Assembly (NCBI RefSeq): GCF_006345805.1
Contig: NC_042997.1
Location: 27,900,001 to 27,964,000, forward strand
DNA from: Octopus sinensis
Lineage: Eukaryota
DNA: 64,000 bases
Reading direction: 5' to 3'
Every line of letters starts with the position of its first letter. Within the stretch, counting starts at the first letter, position 1. This document shows, in pieces, positions 1-13,158 of the stretch. The notes beneath the pieces were generated by a model that made no database searches, was not told the origin of the DNA, and saw only the letters and a list, made by a program, of their open reading frames with translations. A program made the translations under genes and the position numbers.

Positions 1-988
1 CAAACACACATATACCTATTCATGCTCACGCACACACACACATATAGACACAAACACATATGCATGTGTGTGTGTATGTTGTAGCTTGCATTAGATTTTT
101 TTTTTTCTTAATACACCGAGAATTTTTTTTTGTTTGTAAATTACAGTTTTATTTTTTCTTCTTTGAATTTCAGTTTATTTATATACCGGTTTTAGCTCTG
201 AATATTTTGTTTCTTAGGTTATCTCTAGTTATTCTTTACTTTTCATCACTGAATTGACATTCATCTTTGGAATTCTAGTTCAGCTCGTCTCACATGTTTG
301 CCACCCCACGCATAAACATACTGATAAACAATAATCCTTTTCACTATTCATATCTTACAACACACACATATCCTCTTTTGCAAACTTCCCTACATCTTCA
401 CTCCTACTATACCATGCTCAATACGAATATACTCATCTCATTTACTGTTTATATTTCATTTTGTTTGTTGTTTGTTTTGTTTGTTTGTTTGTTTGTTTTT
501 TCTTTACTTCCCGTTTTGAATATATCGAAGTCTTATTACTGTATTTTAAGGGATACTGAGATTGATCGTATTGTATAACATCAGCCTCAACATTTTCTAC
601 ATGAGTACAAAGTTTGGTCGGTGTCACCTTCGATGTTCTTCAGCGCTGGAGGCAGCCAAACATACGTTGAAGCACACGCTAACGGATAATCAGATACGCA
701 CGCGAACGCATTTGGGCATGCCGAAGCAAAACTGTTTTTGCGTATATGAATACGTGATGTTTATGTCCATAACATTTATTTTACATGTTTATAATGCATG
801 TAAACACAAACACAGACACGGACACACGCATACACACACGTGTATTTGGGTGAAACTGTGTAGTTGGTTCGAATCAATTTGAGCTTTGAATGCATAATAA
901 AACAACTTATTTCTTAGTATATAATTTTTAAAGTTCCTTGTGGTTTGAACATGTCTTGTTCCCCTATCTAGAAAGTCCTCTGCATTTC

Positions 989-1026
<38 letters not shown>

Positions 1027-1880
1027 GAATCCTAAAAACGGAACAAGAAAGCAATAGACGACAATAAAACACCCGGACAGATAAACTATAAAAAGAAGGA
1101 CAGGAAAACACAAAGACGGATCATTCGCGGCAATCTCTCATCAGTCAAGTTTGCAGAATCTCATTACAGTTTCGGTCAATTACACTTGAGACTCTTCAAT
1201 TCTGGCTGATTCCAGAAATCTATGCTAAGGGCATCAAATTTTTTTTGAGAAAGCATGCGAATGTGTACTGCAACAAAGACAAAAAAACAGAGAAAATGTT
1301 ACATAATTACAAATACAAACAAGAAAGTAACAACCGGTGTCTTTTGACCAACAAAGACGAATTAAGTTGAGCTGGTGTGTGTAGAGTGAAAGCCGTGAGG
1401 CAGAAACAAGAGATGAACATAAGAGATGCAAGTCATGAGACAGCAATATAAGATGCTTCGAGGCCGGCAGTCGAGCCAGGAAAGAAAGATCATGCTTGGC
1501 CGAGTACCGGTCACGTGGAACGAAAGGAGGGTGGTACGGGACTGAAGGACAGAAGAATTAGGGAAAGAACAAGAAAGAGAGGAAATCAAGGGACATAGAG
1601 AAAGGTACAAGGGGGATAAACGAGGAGGGTAAGTAGGGAGATTAAAGAAAGGGAAGGTCAAGAAATGCGAGAGAGGTGAGTGAGAAAAAAGAAAAGAGGA
1701 AAGAAAAAAGAAAGTATGAGAGGATTCTATAGTGAAAGAGTCGTATAGAATTTAGATACCTACAAGTTGAGCGAAAGTATACGACGGCGCCATGTGTATA
1801 TATAAATCCAAACAATCCGGCCAGACAGACGATAAAAAGTCGGAGAAGGACAGGTCATTCGAAGCAATCTCTCATAATTC
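1027..1880 (-). mobile_element. Degenerate Penelope-associated UTR-like repeat (purine/pyrimidine-skewed, decayed hammerhead-like motifs)
   Basis: Begins at the end of a (TA)n run. The minus strand has CTGATGAGAGATTGC..GAAT at ~1120-1146, with a second partial copy at ~1850-1875. Long purine-rich tract at 1540-1730. Family assignment is inference. Confidence 0.35.
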
Positions 1881-2428
1881 ATTTTCTCTCCTCATTAAAT
1901 GATTCCTACCTAGTATACTATAATTTCTACAAGCAGACACGCAGGTGGTTGTTTGACATTTATTTCCGAAACATTATCGTCTGACTGAGCTGATGGAGAC
2001 ATCCAATTCAGTCATTGGGTTAACCGTTACTTTGTAATTTCTAACCCTCACTTAAATTCCTACAGTTTTTCCCTACCGATGACTATTTTTAAAGATGTAT
2101 TTAACCTTCTTTTACAGATATTTTCGTCTTTTAATTGTACTTACAATTTTGTTTTTATTTTGTCAGTTTGAATCAGGGTATTTGATAATTTTCGAGTTCT
2201 TACAATTTTAATGAATACTTCCATTCCTCAATTTCAATATGTGGAATCCGTGTTGAAATGCAAGTTGTTAAAAGTTTTACAAAACATGGTCAATGTAAAC
2301 GATGTAGAGTCACATATACATTCCAAAATCTTCGCTTTGTAAAATAAACCAGTTTTCATTTTTTACTGCAATACAAACTAGTAAAAATAATTTAAATGTA
2401 AACTCAACATATCTGCACTCCTACTCAC

Positions 2429-2765
2429 CAATATGACCAACATCGTGAGCCAGTCATTGACGGTAAAAATGTCACTATCCTCTGGGAATTTCCAGTCAAC
2501 ACTGACAGAACGATCCGAGTTAATCCACAAGACACAATTATTAAAGACTGTGAAGAAAATACTTGTAGACTAATAAATGTAAGCGTTCTCGCTGATATAA
2601 ATATATCTGTAAAGGAATTTGACCGATTAAGTAAATATAACGAATTACGAAAGATGTGACATCATAGAACAATAACTGTTTCTGCTATTGTAGGTGCTCT
2701 AGGTATGATACAAAAAGGAATGCCAGAAACATTTAGACAATCTCTTAGGACAACCATTACAACTC
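2429..2765 (+). pseudogene. C-terminal restriction-like endonuclease fragment of an R4/Dong-type non-LTR retrotransposon
   Basis: My translation from 2441: HREPVIDGKNVTILWEFPVNTDRTIRVNPQDTIIKDCEENTCRLINVSVLADINISVKEFDRLSKYNELRKM*HHRTITVSAIVGALGMIQKG. This matches the remembered R4-clade pattern ILWD...TD....NRPDI.......DV.VP.D.....KE..K..KY..L...W......VVGALG. Confidence 0.8.
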
Positions 2766-3191
2766 CGCCGCAAACCAGTCCGAAAAATAATTTTAGTTTC
2801 AGACCAAACAGACCTCCCTTTGAATTCATTCCTTCTATGCACAAGCCTGATTTATAATACACCATGTCAAAAAACAGAACGATTTTCTAGGAAAAACTTA
2901 TTTTAATATCAAATAATTATTTCATCTAATTGTTACAAAACATAATATCTACACAAAGTTGTTAGAGTGTGTAAACAAGTATTTTTAATGGCGAAAAACA
3001 GCTTTTCGTTACTGATTAAGCACCAGTTTTGAAATACATATTTATAACTACGTTTCTGTTTCGGTTTTGCTTATGATTTCACAATCATGTTTCCTTTCTA
3101 ATCCCTTCATAATACTACAATTCAATGGTGATATTATTTATAATTTCAGGTCTCATTCACCGAGGAAGAAGTATTTAGGTGAAAATTTTAG

Positions 3192-3595
<404 letters not shown>

Positions 3596-4620
3596 ACAGT
3601 TGCTACGATGACCACCCTTGCTAGCTATGCAGATGACACAAAGGTCTCCCACGCAATACAGAACCCTGAAAATATTGCGCATCTGCAACATGAGCTGGAC
3701 ACAATATACAGGTGGGCTGAGGACAACAACATGCAGTTTAATGCAGGTAAGTTCCAGGCCCTGCGCTACTGGCACACAAAGGTAAATGACGTGAAGACTG
3801 GATACACTGGCCCAAGAAGAATTGCAATCCCTGAGTCAAAATCAGTGCGTGACCTGGGCATTGACATGAGCAATGATGCATCTTTCCAAATGCATATTGC
3901 TAATCTGGTGATAAAATGCAGACGGCTAGCTGGATGGATTCTCCGAACTTTCAGAACAAGAGAGAAGGAGACACTGATGGTCCTATGGAAAACATTTGTC
4001 CTCAGCCGCTTGGACTACTGCTCCCAACTTTGGTCACCACACAATATAAAACAAACAGCAGAACTCGAAGCAACTCAGAGAAGCTACACAAAGAAAATCG
4101 TCTCAATGCAAAATGTCAGCTACTGGGAAAGACTGAAGGTATTAAACCTCTTCTCCCTGGAGCGGAGGCGGGAGAGATATGCAGTAATATACATCTGGAA
4201 AATCCTGGAGGGTCTTATCACAAACTTGGCATTCAAAGTTACTCCAACCGCAGAACGGGGCGCCGCTGCGTGGTGCCAAGGATTCCAACATCACCATCAA
4301 AATACAGGTCCAGATACTGCAACAGCTTGGGTTTCAGAGGACCACAGCTTTTCAACATCCTCCCTAAATGCCTGAGAGACTTACATGGTGTGGATGTGGG
4401 TTTCTTTAAAACTAAACTGGATCCCTTCTTGTTGGGAGTCCCAGATGAACCTACCTCACGACAGGAGACACGGATGCGGGCAGCAGCATCGAACTCCCTT
4501 GTTGATCAAGTGCCACGTATCAGAGGTGGATTCACAAACTAGTGTGGCTCATTCAGCGGTGGTGCCCCAGCATGGCCGCGGCCTTCGGGCTAAAACATTT
4601 TTAAGGATTTAAGGATTTAT
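3596..4620 (+). mobile_element. 5'-truncated CR1/L2-group LINE (copy A): RT C-terminus from YADD, 3' UTR and tail
   Basis: Reads ASYADDTKV...WAEDNNMQFNAGKF...VRDLGI...RLDYCSQLWSP...LFSLERRRERY. A 1-nt deletion at ~4226 shifts the frame, which then runs RGPQLFNILP...PDEPT...AASNSL to the stop at 4540-4542. The 3' stem-loop is at 4561-4596 and the tail is (TTTAAGGA)2. Confidence 0.93.
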
Positions 4621-5690
<1,070 letters not shown>

Positions 5691-5729
5691 ATATTGCTAT
5701 TAATATTAATATTAATATAATATTAATAT

Positions 5730-6200
5730 AATATTAATATTGCTAATATATTTTCAGATACTCTATCTTCTAGTTGGCCTTAAGATTAAATTAAATAACG
5801 TTTAATATTAATAACGTCTAATTAGCCTTAAGATTAAATTAAATAACGGTTAATATTGCTTAATATTGTGTATATAATTTTTCAGATACTCTGTCTTCTA
5901 ATTAGCCTTAAGATTAAATTAAATAACGTTTAATATTACCCACACTCTAATATAATATTAATATTGCTAATATATTTTCAGATACTCTATCTCCAAATTA
6001 GCCTTAAGATTAAATAACGTTTTTTTACCCACACTCTAATATAATATTAATATTGCTAATATATTTTCAGATACTCTATCTCCTAATTAGCCTTAAGATT
6101 AAATAACGTTTTTACCCAAATAACGTTTTTACACAAACTTTAATATTGTTAATATTTCTTTTTCAAGTACTCTATCTTCTAATTGGCCTTAATATCTTCC
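5730..6200 (+). repeat. AT-rich tandem monomers (5 copies, ~89-128 bp) leading into LINE ORF1; putative 5' UTR
   Basis: The core TTTTCAGATACTCTATCTTCTAATTAGCCTTAA recurs with CAG/CAA at 5755, 5883, 5979, 6068 and 6164. Confidence 0.8.
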
Positions 6201-6253
6201 TGTCTTCTCTCGAACATAATTGGATAGATAAACGGATAGACGGATTATCCAGC

Positions 6254-7165
6254 ATGTCCAGAGCATGGAGACGTGACGAGCTGGATTTATTCGTACGAGC
6301 ATGGGAGTGCGCCGGCGGAGATAGCCCTAGCGAGGTGATTGCGGCTGCGCTGAAGAGCAGAGGCTACAAGAGGACAGCGGCTCAGATGGAGCGAAAGAGA
6401 CAGGAATTCGTGCGCTCATATGCGCTTGTACGGTCGCACATTGGCGCACTTGATGCCATCTTTGAGAACGAGCGGGGCAAAGATGGCAAGAATGGAGACG
6501 ATGAAAGAAGTCACCCCCACCTGGTGGACGCCCAGGAGGAGGTTTTGAATGAGAAACCTGCCCGGGAAGTGAACCCAGGTGCAAGTTCTCCAACCGGCAG
6601 CAAGGGCCATGGAGACGGAGAACCCGGTGAAGAGGTAGAGGGAGGAAGAAGAACTAAAAGAAGGAGTGGAAGAGCTAAAGGAAAAGAAAAAGCTCAAGCA
6701 GGACCAAAGAGTGAAACAACCAGGAATAGAAGTGGAACCGCAAAGGATGGAACCAAACAGCGCACACGGGTGTGTATGTTCTACCTGAGAGGTTCCTGCT
6801 GGCACGGAAAGGAAGGTGCAGGCTGCCGCTTTGCACATCGGGGACCCTGCCACAGAGACACGAGTCAGATGGACAAACCATCAACACAAAGAAAAGGGAT
6901 GGACTACGCACCACCTGCCCCAAAGCGGAGGTACGCAGATGTTGTGCGCGCAACAAACAGCCAACATGATGTTGTCGAAAGAGCAGCTGCTGAGCAACAA
7001 TCTTTTTTGTGCATGGCACAAAAGATTGTACAGCAGCTGACCTGGCTTCATCAAACCCAAGCCCGCAGGTGGGACTACCCACTATATACCAGACCACCAC
7101 AGCAAACAGACACAGGATGGACACCGCCGGCAACAACGTACACCTCACCTCGATACTCCTACTGA
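6254..7165 (+). CDS. LINE ORF1 protein (303 aa): N-terminal Myb/SANT-like (trihelix-type) domain and CCCH zinc finger
   Basis: Open frame from ATG 6254. The N-terminus reads W-RRDELDLFVRAW...IAAALKSRGYKRTAAQMERKRQEFVRSY (6254-6421). The finger reads C-MFYLRGS-C-WHGKEGAG-C-RFA-H (6773-6838). Confidence 0.82.
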   Translation: MSRAWRRDELDLFVRAWECAGGDSPSEVIAAALKSRGYKRTAAQMERKRQEFVRSYALVRSHIGALDAIFENERGKDGKNGDDERSHPHLVDAQEEVLNEKPAREVNPGASSPTGSKGHGDGEPGEEVEGGRRTKRRSGRAKGKEKAQAGPKSETTRNRSGTAKDGTKQRTRVCMFYLRGSCWHGKEGAGCRFAHRGPCHRDTSQMDKPSTQRKGMDYAPPAPKRRYADVVRATNSQHDVVERAAAEQQSFLCMAQKIVQQLTWLHQTQARRWDYPLYTRPPQQTDTGWTPPATTYTSPRYSY

Positions 7166-10113
7166 ACATCAGAGGACTGCAAACACTCAGTAACAGGACA
7201 AAGATCCCGTTCCTGAGAGACTTTGTTGCATGCAATCAAGCCTTATGCATAGCACTTACAGAAACGCACCTGAAACCGGACATAGCAGATGCGGAGTTAC
7301 ACATACCACAGTATGCTGTACTACGGACCGACAGGAAAGAAAGGAGTCATGGAGGTGTTGCTATGTACATCCGTGAGGACCTCACACCCCAGGTCCTCTT
7401 GTCATACTCAAACTCGGTGTGTGACACACTAATTGTACATATTAGGCAACTTGATGTAGTTGTGTGTGCTACATATCGCCCTCCAGATGCCCCAAGCCAT
7501 GTGGGCAAGTTTGAAGACTGCCTTATAAAAATAGAAGAAATTCTAACCACATTAGAACAACACATAGGTGTGCTTCTTATGGGAGACTTCAATCTGCCCA
7601 ATGTCAGATGGCCCGAGGGCCTTTCTCTCCCAGGAATGACAAGATGTGAACGAGGACAGGCGAGGTCCCTCCTGAACCTCATCAACACCCTGTACATGGA
7701 GCAGGTAATACTCCAACCAACCAGGGCAGGTAACACACTGGATCTCTGCTTCACAAATGACATGGATCTCATCCATAATGTGAAAGTGACACCGACACTA
7801 CTCTCGGATCACAACATGATAGAGCTGACCATGTACGGGCCAAAAGAGAGCACGGACATGCAGCCTACAAGAAACCCTCAAAATCTTTCCAGCTTGAACT
7901 ACCATAAGGCAAACTGGAAACAAATTGAGAAAGAGATCCTCAAACAAAACTGGCCTAAATGTCTCTCCTCGCCAGACATCGACGTGAAACTTCAACAATT
8001 CATGTCTGTAATGCAAGCCATATGCTACAAATGTGTCCCAGAGAGAAAGGCCACTGTACACAAGAACAAAATCCCCAGAGAGAGGAAAATTTTAATGAGA
8101 CGGCGTACGAAATTTTCAAATCGCCTAAACAAACAGATTGAAAGCAGTGAAAAGTCCCGCCTAAAATAAAACTGTTGGAAATCGAAAAATGTCTGCAACT
8201 CTCCCATGAAAAAGAAAGAAGAGCAGACAAAGAAGCCTGGGCTATAGAAAACATAAAATCTAACCCCAGAGCTTTCTACAGGTATGCCAAAGAAACAGCT
8301 ACAGTGCACTGTAGAATAGGGCCACTCCTCGAAAAGGATGGCACACTTACAGGAAAACCAATGAGGGTAAGTGAAATACTGAATGAGCAATTCAAGAGTG
8401 TTTTCACTCCACCCCTTGGGCATCTCCAAATCACCAATCCAACTGACTTTTTTACCACTGCAGATATAAAATCAGAGGCGGCGACGATAGATTACATCGA
8501 TATAAAGGAAGACGATGTAACCAAGGCTATAGATGAAATGAAAACAGACTCAGCTACTGGCCCCGATGGATTCCCGGCAATCCTCCTAAAAGCATGTAAG
8601 AGAGTCCTAGCAAGACCACTGCAGTTCCTCTTTCAGAGCTTCCTTGCAGCTGGCAAACTTCCAGGTAAACTGAAGGAAGGTAAAATATGCCCCATTCATA
8701 AAGGAGGTAGCAGAGCGGAAGCCAAGAACTATAGACCTATCTCTCTGACCTCACACATCAGCAAGGTCATGGAACGAATAGTCAGAAGGAAGCTGATCAC
8801 CTTCCTTGAAGAGAATGACTTGCTGCCCGACACCCAACATGGTTTCCGACCAGGGAGAAGCTGTTTAACTCAGCTCCTACAACACTATGACTGGGTGCTG
8901 AAACGGCTGCTCAACCACTCAAATGTGGAAGTGATATATCTCGACTTTGCAAAGGCCTTTGATAAAGTCGATCATGGAATGATATGTCACAAACTGCGTG
9001 ATCTCAACATAGTTGGAAAACTGGGAGAATGGCTTCATGACTTTCTGAAGGATAGAAGTCAGGTGGTAGTAGCCAATGGGGCCACCTCCATTAACACACA
9101 AATAGTGAGCGGTGTTCCGCAGGGCACTGTTCTGGGACCACTACTGTTCATAATGGCCCTCTCAGACATGCCTCAGCCACGCAGAGAGCCACGATCACAA
9201 GTTATGCAGATGATACAAAAGTTTCACAGGCAATACAGAACCCTGAGGACACTAAACACCTGCAATGTGAGCTGGACGAAATATACAAGTGGGCTGAAAA
9301 GAATAGCATGCAGTTCAATGCTGGAAAGTTTCAAGCTTTATACTATCAGCATGCAAAACTGAATGCAATACCCAATGAATACACTGGACCCGGAGGGATT
9401 GCAATCCCAGAGGCACAATCAGTGCGTGACCTGGGTATTCACATGAGTGATGACGCGACCTTTCATGTACATGTTGCTAAACTGACACTGAAATGTAGAC
9501 GGCTGGCTGGATGGATTCTTAGAACCTTTAGAACAAGAGAACAAGAAACCATGATGGTCCTCTGGAAGACACTTGTCCTAAGCCACTTTGACTATTGCTC
9601 TCAGCTATGGTCACCATCCAGTGTCAAGTTGATCACAGAACTTGAGGCGACCCACGAAGCTACACAAAGAAGATAGCCTCTATGCAGAATGTAAGCTACT
9701 GGGAAAGACTCAAGAGATTAAAATTATATTCCCTGGAGCGTAGGCGGGAAAGATATGCCATAATATACATCTGGAAGATCCTGGAGGGAAGTGTCTTGAA
9801 CTTTGGCATCGAGAGTTACGCAAATGCCAGAACTGGGCGCCACTGCGTGGTGCCTAGGACTCCAAACCTGCCATCAAGATGTAGGACAAGATTCTGTGAT
9901 AGCCTGGGCTTCCGAGGCCCACAGCTCTTCAATATCCTCCCGAAGAACCTGAGAGACCTGCATGGGGTGGATACAGATGTCTTTAAAATGAAGCTGGATC
10001 TCTTCCTGTCAGGTGTCCCAGATGAACCAACTTCACGGCAGGAGGGGCAGATGAGGGCAGCTGCATCGAACTCTCTCATGCACCAAATAGCAGTTGCTAG
10101 AAAGCCTCCATGA
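7117..10113 (+). CDS. LINE ORF2 (APE endonuclease + reverse transcriptase, ~999 aa when three 1-nt deletions are corrected)
   Basis: APE motifs LNIRGL, LTETHL, GGVAMY, YRPP, GDFN and SDH are present. RT motifs YRPISLTS, QHGFR, DFAKAFD, GVPQGTVLGPLLF and YADD (9203-9214) are present. Frameshifts lie at ~8166, ~9173 and ~9655, with no in-frame stops. Confidence 0.92.
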
Positions 10114-10338
10114 AGTGAAACCAAGTAGCGACACCAAATGGCGGTGCCCCAGCATGGCCACAGCTCATAAGCTGAAACTAGAATCAATCAATCAATCAAT
10201 CAATCGTATATATATATATATATATAGAAATTCGGGGTGAGTACTTGATAATTATAAGCACCTGTGTATACCGTTTGGTGGTGTAGGTGGTGGAGTAAAT
10301 TGATCAAAATTAAATAAAAACATGATGCGAAGGATTCA

Positions 10339-10416
10339 GCGGTACATATGTTTCGGGCCTTTATTAGACAGATTTATAACAATGCATAATGTATGTCTGT
10401 GGCCTTCTTCAGCCGC
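10339..10416 (-). ncRNA. Type I hammerhead ribozyme motif (left arm of palindrome)
   Basis: Exact mirror of 10683-10760. Confidence 0.75.
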
Positions 10417-10682
10417 GCACAACAGCTTCCACAAGGACATGTGTTACATCAAAAATTCTTGGTTGGGGATGCAAATCCTCTCATTCACGTACGACATAAT
10501 GCGGCAGCAGCATAGAGTTGAAGCGCCCATCTCTTTCTTCTCTCCATGTGGAATGAGAGAAGAAAGAGATGGACGCTTCAACTCTATGCTGCTGCCGCAT
10601 TATGTCGTACGTGAATGAGAGGATTTGCATCCCCAACCAAGAACTTTTGATGTAACACATGTCCTTGTGGAAGCTGTTGTGC

Positions 10683-10760
10683 GCGGCTGAAGAAGGCCAC
10701 AGACATACATTATGCATTGTTATAAATCTGTCTAATAAAGGCCCGAAACATATGTACCGC
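10683..10760 (+). ncRNA. Type I hammerhead ribozyme motif (right arm of palindrome)
   Basis: Reads GCGG-CUGAAGA-A-GGCC..(ACAGA/UCUGU)..GGCC-C-GAAA-C-AUAU-GUA-CCGC. Stem I is GCGG/CCGC, stem III is the palindrome ACAUAUGU, and predicted cleavage is after A10756. Confidence 0.75.
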
Positions 10761-10838
10761 TGAATCCTTCGCATCATGTTTTTATTTTATTTTGATCAAT
10801 TTATATATATATATATATATATATACATATATATACAT

Positions 10839-11059
10839 AGTTAATCCCAACATGAAAACACAAGGAGAAAACACAAAAACGCGAGGACGTGGAACAAGTA
10901 TAGTATTATTGGACGCTCAGGAAAGAAGGAAAGAAGGAGGGTTTAACGTTTCGAGGAGAGCACTTCGTCAGAAACATAGGAAAAAGAAAGATTCAAAGAA
11001 GGGAAGAAGGAGGAAAAAAAATCGCCAACGATACACACGCAGTCACATTTTGAAAGATG
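10839..11059 (-). mobile_element. Short non-autonomous hammerhead-bearing repeat between (TA)n runs
   Basis: Shares the block GTATTA..GG.CGCTCAGGAA with the 35 kb and 47 kb repeats and contains a hammerhead. Confidence 0.55.
10941..10975 (-). ncRNA. Minimal type I hammerhead motif
   Basis: Reads GUUU-CUGACGA-A-GUG-CUCUC-CUC-GAAA-C-GUU-AAAC. Stem II is weak, with a U-U mismatch. Confidence 0.6.
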
Positions 11060-11179
11060 TATATATGTATATACATATACATACATACATACATACACAT
11101 CTATACATACATACAAACATACCCAGACATATATATATATATAATATATATATATATATAACCCCACCATTTATTGATT

Positions 11180-11237
<58 letters not shown>

Positions 11238-12997
11238 TTATACAGAGAGAGAAAGAGAGAGAGAGAGAGATGTATGTATATGTCTGTCTAAGTTACGCAT
11301 TTGAATCTGTAGATAACGCTAATCTGCAACCAAATTCCACTCAGTGTGCAATGTTCTATTGGAAGCCTTATAAGACGAAACTTGCAAAGGTACCGTGTAT
11401 TACGATCAAACTAAAAACGATACTATTATGTATGCGATTGAAGACATTTAAGTAAATAATAGCATAGACACCACGGTGTGCTGAACAAAAAATATTGTAT
11501 CAAAGTAAGTTCTCTATTAAAATACAATAAATAAGATGCTTTATCAAGATTTAAAAAAAAGCAAAACACAAGATCAAGCACAATAAGAAGAATTGAAATT
11601 GATTTTTAAAAGGCGATTTTCTGCCAGTGATTTATTTCATAACTTAGCAGGCCAACGGCGAAACCGAATGATCTATTTTCGTTACGCCTCCGGTAGATTG
11701 CTTCTTTCGAATATCGGTGACAGGCACTTTTGCTGATAGCAATAACAAGCACGACATTCTTTCCAACGGAGACAGGATCGTTGTATGAAAGCCTCGCATT
11801 TATCATTAGTGAAAAAAAGAAACAAATGAAAATAGACGGCAAATAGATGGCGGTGTTTATCAACGGCGAACATATGTTTGGACGTAAGTGTGGATGTAAA
11901 TGTGTGTGCGTGTGTGCATGTATATGTATATATATATATGTATGTGTGTGTGCATGTACGTATGTAGCTTTGGTGTGTGTGTTTGCGCGTGTGCGTATTT
12001 ACAAATGCATTTATTAACGTATGCATACCCAATAAGATAATATATAGATATAGCAATGCATGTGAGTGTGTATGTATGCGAGCGGGTATTCATGTTTCTG
12101 CATGTAAGTAGATACCCGATTAATAGCTGGGGGTGCTACATTATAAATGAAGCGCTTAGTATTAAAGACGTGGTTAATAAATTTTAAAATAGAATTAAAA
12201 TAAGTTTTATTTATGAAGACGAAAATGCCATTCATCTTCCTAGTTATAATTTTGCTGGCTTATTCGGTATTATGAAATGGTCGGTTCTAAATCATTAATA
12301 AAAATTTCGTCACATGTATACACACGTACACACACACACACACATACATACATACAAACACATACGTACACACGCACACACAAACACATACGTGCACATA
12401 TATATATATATAATATACCTATACATACCTACATATCTATCTATTTTTATTTAAATTTGACCTTTTATACAATATGCTGAAGATCAGCTCAGACCACAAT
12501 TTTAAATTGTCGCAATTTAGTTTTAAAAAAATTTAACATGTAAGACATATATAAATGTTCTATAGATATATGATCTTTATTAGAGAGGAAGAAACATATG
12601 ATAGAGAAATCAAATTCTTTCTCCTCCTTCCCTTCCCTCCTTTTTGAAATTATACACAGAATATGCAACGATACAGAAGTAAAAAATATATCTTCAGATC
12701 ATATCATAAGTCACCGCATGAAGTACAATGCTCTTAAGTTTATGAGTCTATAATGAAAGAACGTGTATAGTTCACATTGGTGAGACTAATACTTTAGAAA
12801 AAAATTTAAAATATTTTGTCTCAGTAGATTTCGAATCTCCTCTAGCGAAGTCACGATTGAGGCACTAGACGCGATGATATGATCTTCTAAAAAACTAATA
12901 CGCAGTATTTCAGCCTGACCGCAATCCAAAGACAGAAAAGATCCCCAAGAGGATGTTTTTCATTAATCATTCATACCTATATGCAAAGTATATGCAA

Positions 12998-13078
<81 letters not shown>

Positions 13079-13114
13079 TACATACATATATTATATATAT
13101 ATATATACACATAT

Positions 13115-13158
<44 letters not shown>

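Larger units (their letters stand above)
5730..10204 (+). mobile_element. Full-length CR1/L2-group LINE (copy B)
   Basis: ORF1 plus overlapping APE-RT ORF2, 3' stem-loop at 10140-10178 and (TCAA)n tail at ~10184-10204, followed by (TA)n. The 5' boundary is uncertain. Confidence 0.92.
10296..10803. repeat. 508-bp palindrome: 249-bp inverted arms, 10-nt spacer, 3 mismatches
   Basis: Position i pairs with 21099-i from 10296 to 10544. Mismatches are at 10311/10788, 10455/10644 and 10526/10573. Confidence 0.97.

Noticed and set aside
1115-1205. Hammerhead-like CTGATGA..GAAT and TTGAAGA..GAAAC.GTA motifs (also ~1850-1875)
   Set aside because: Stem I or the GAAA core cannot be closed; at best decayed relics.
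3150-3178. Possible 29-nt plus-strand exon (VSFTEEEVF)
   Set aside because: Weak donor (GTGAAA) and no supporting exons.
5730-6200. CRISPR-like reading of the repeated core
   Set aside because: The inter-core sequence is itself repetitive, the context is eukaryotic, and there are no cas genes.
6327-10187. Multiple minus-strand ORFs inside the LINE
   Set aside because: Shadow frames of GC-richer coding sequence with no recognisable motifs.
6254-10204. Horizontal transfer of the GC-richer intact LINE
   Set aside because: GC contrast is expected for young coding TEs; this cannot be assessed without a phylogeny.
10322-10777. Twin 98-aa ORFs on opposite strands
   Set aside because: A by-product of the palindrome; no protein features.
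11640-11870. CpG-richer unique segment with Cys-rich reading frame
   Set aside because: No recognisable domain or splice signals.
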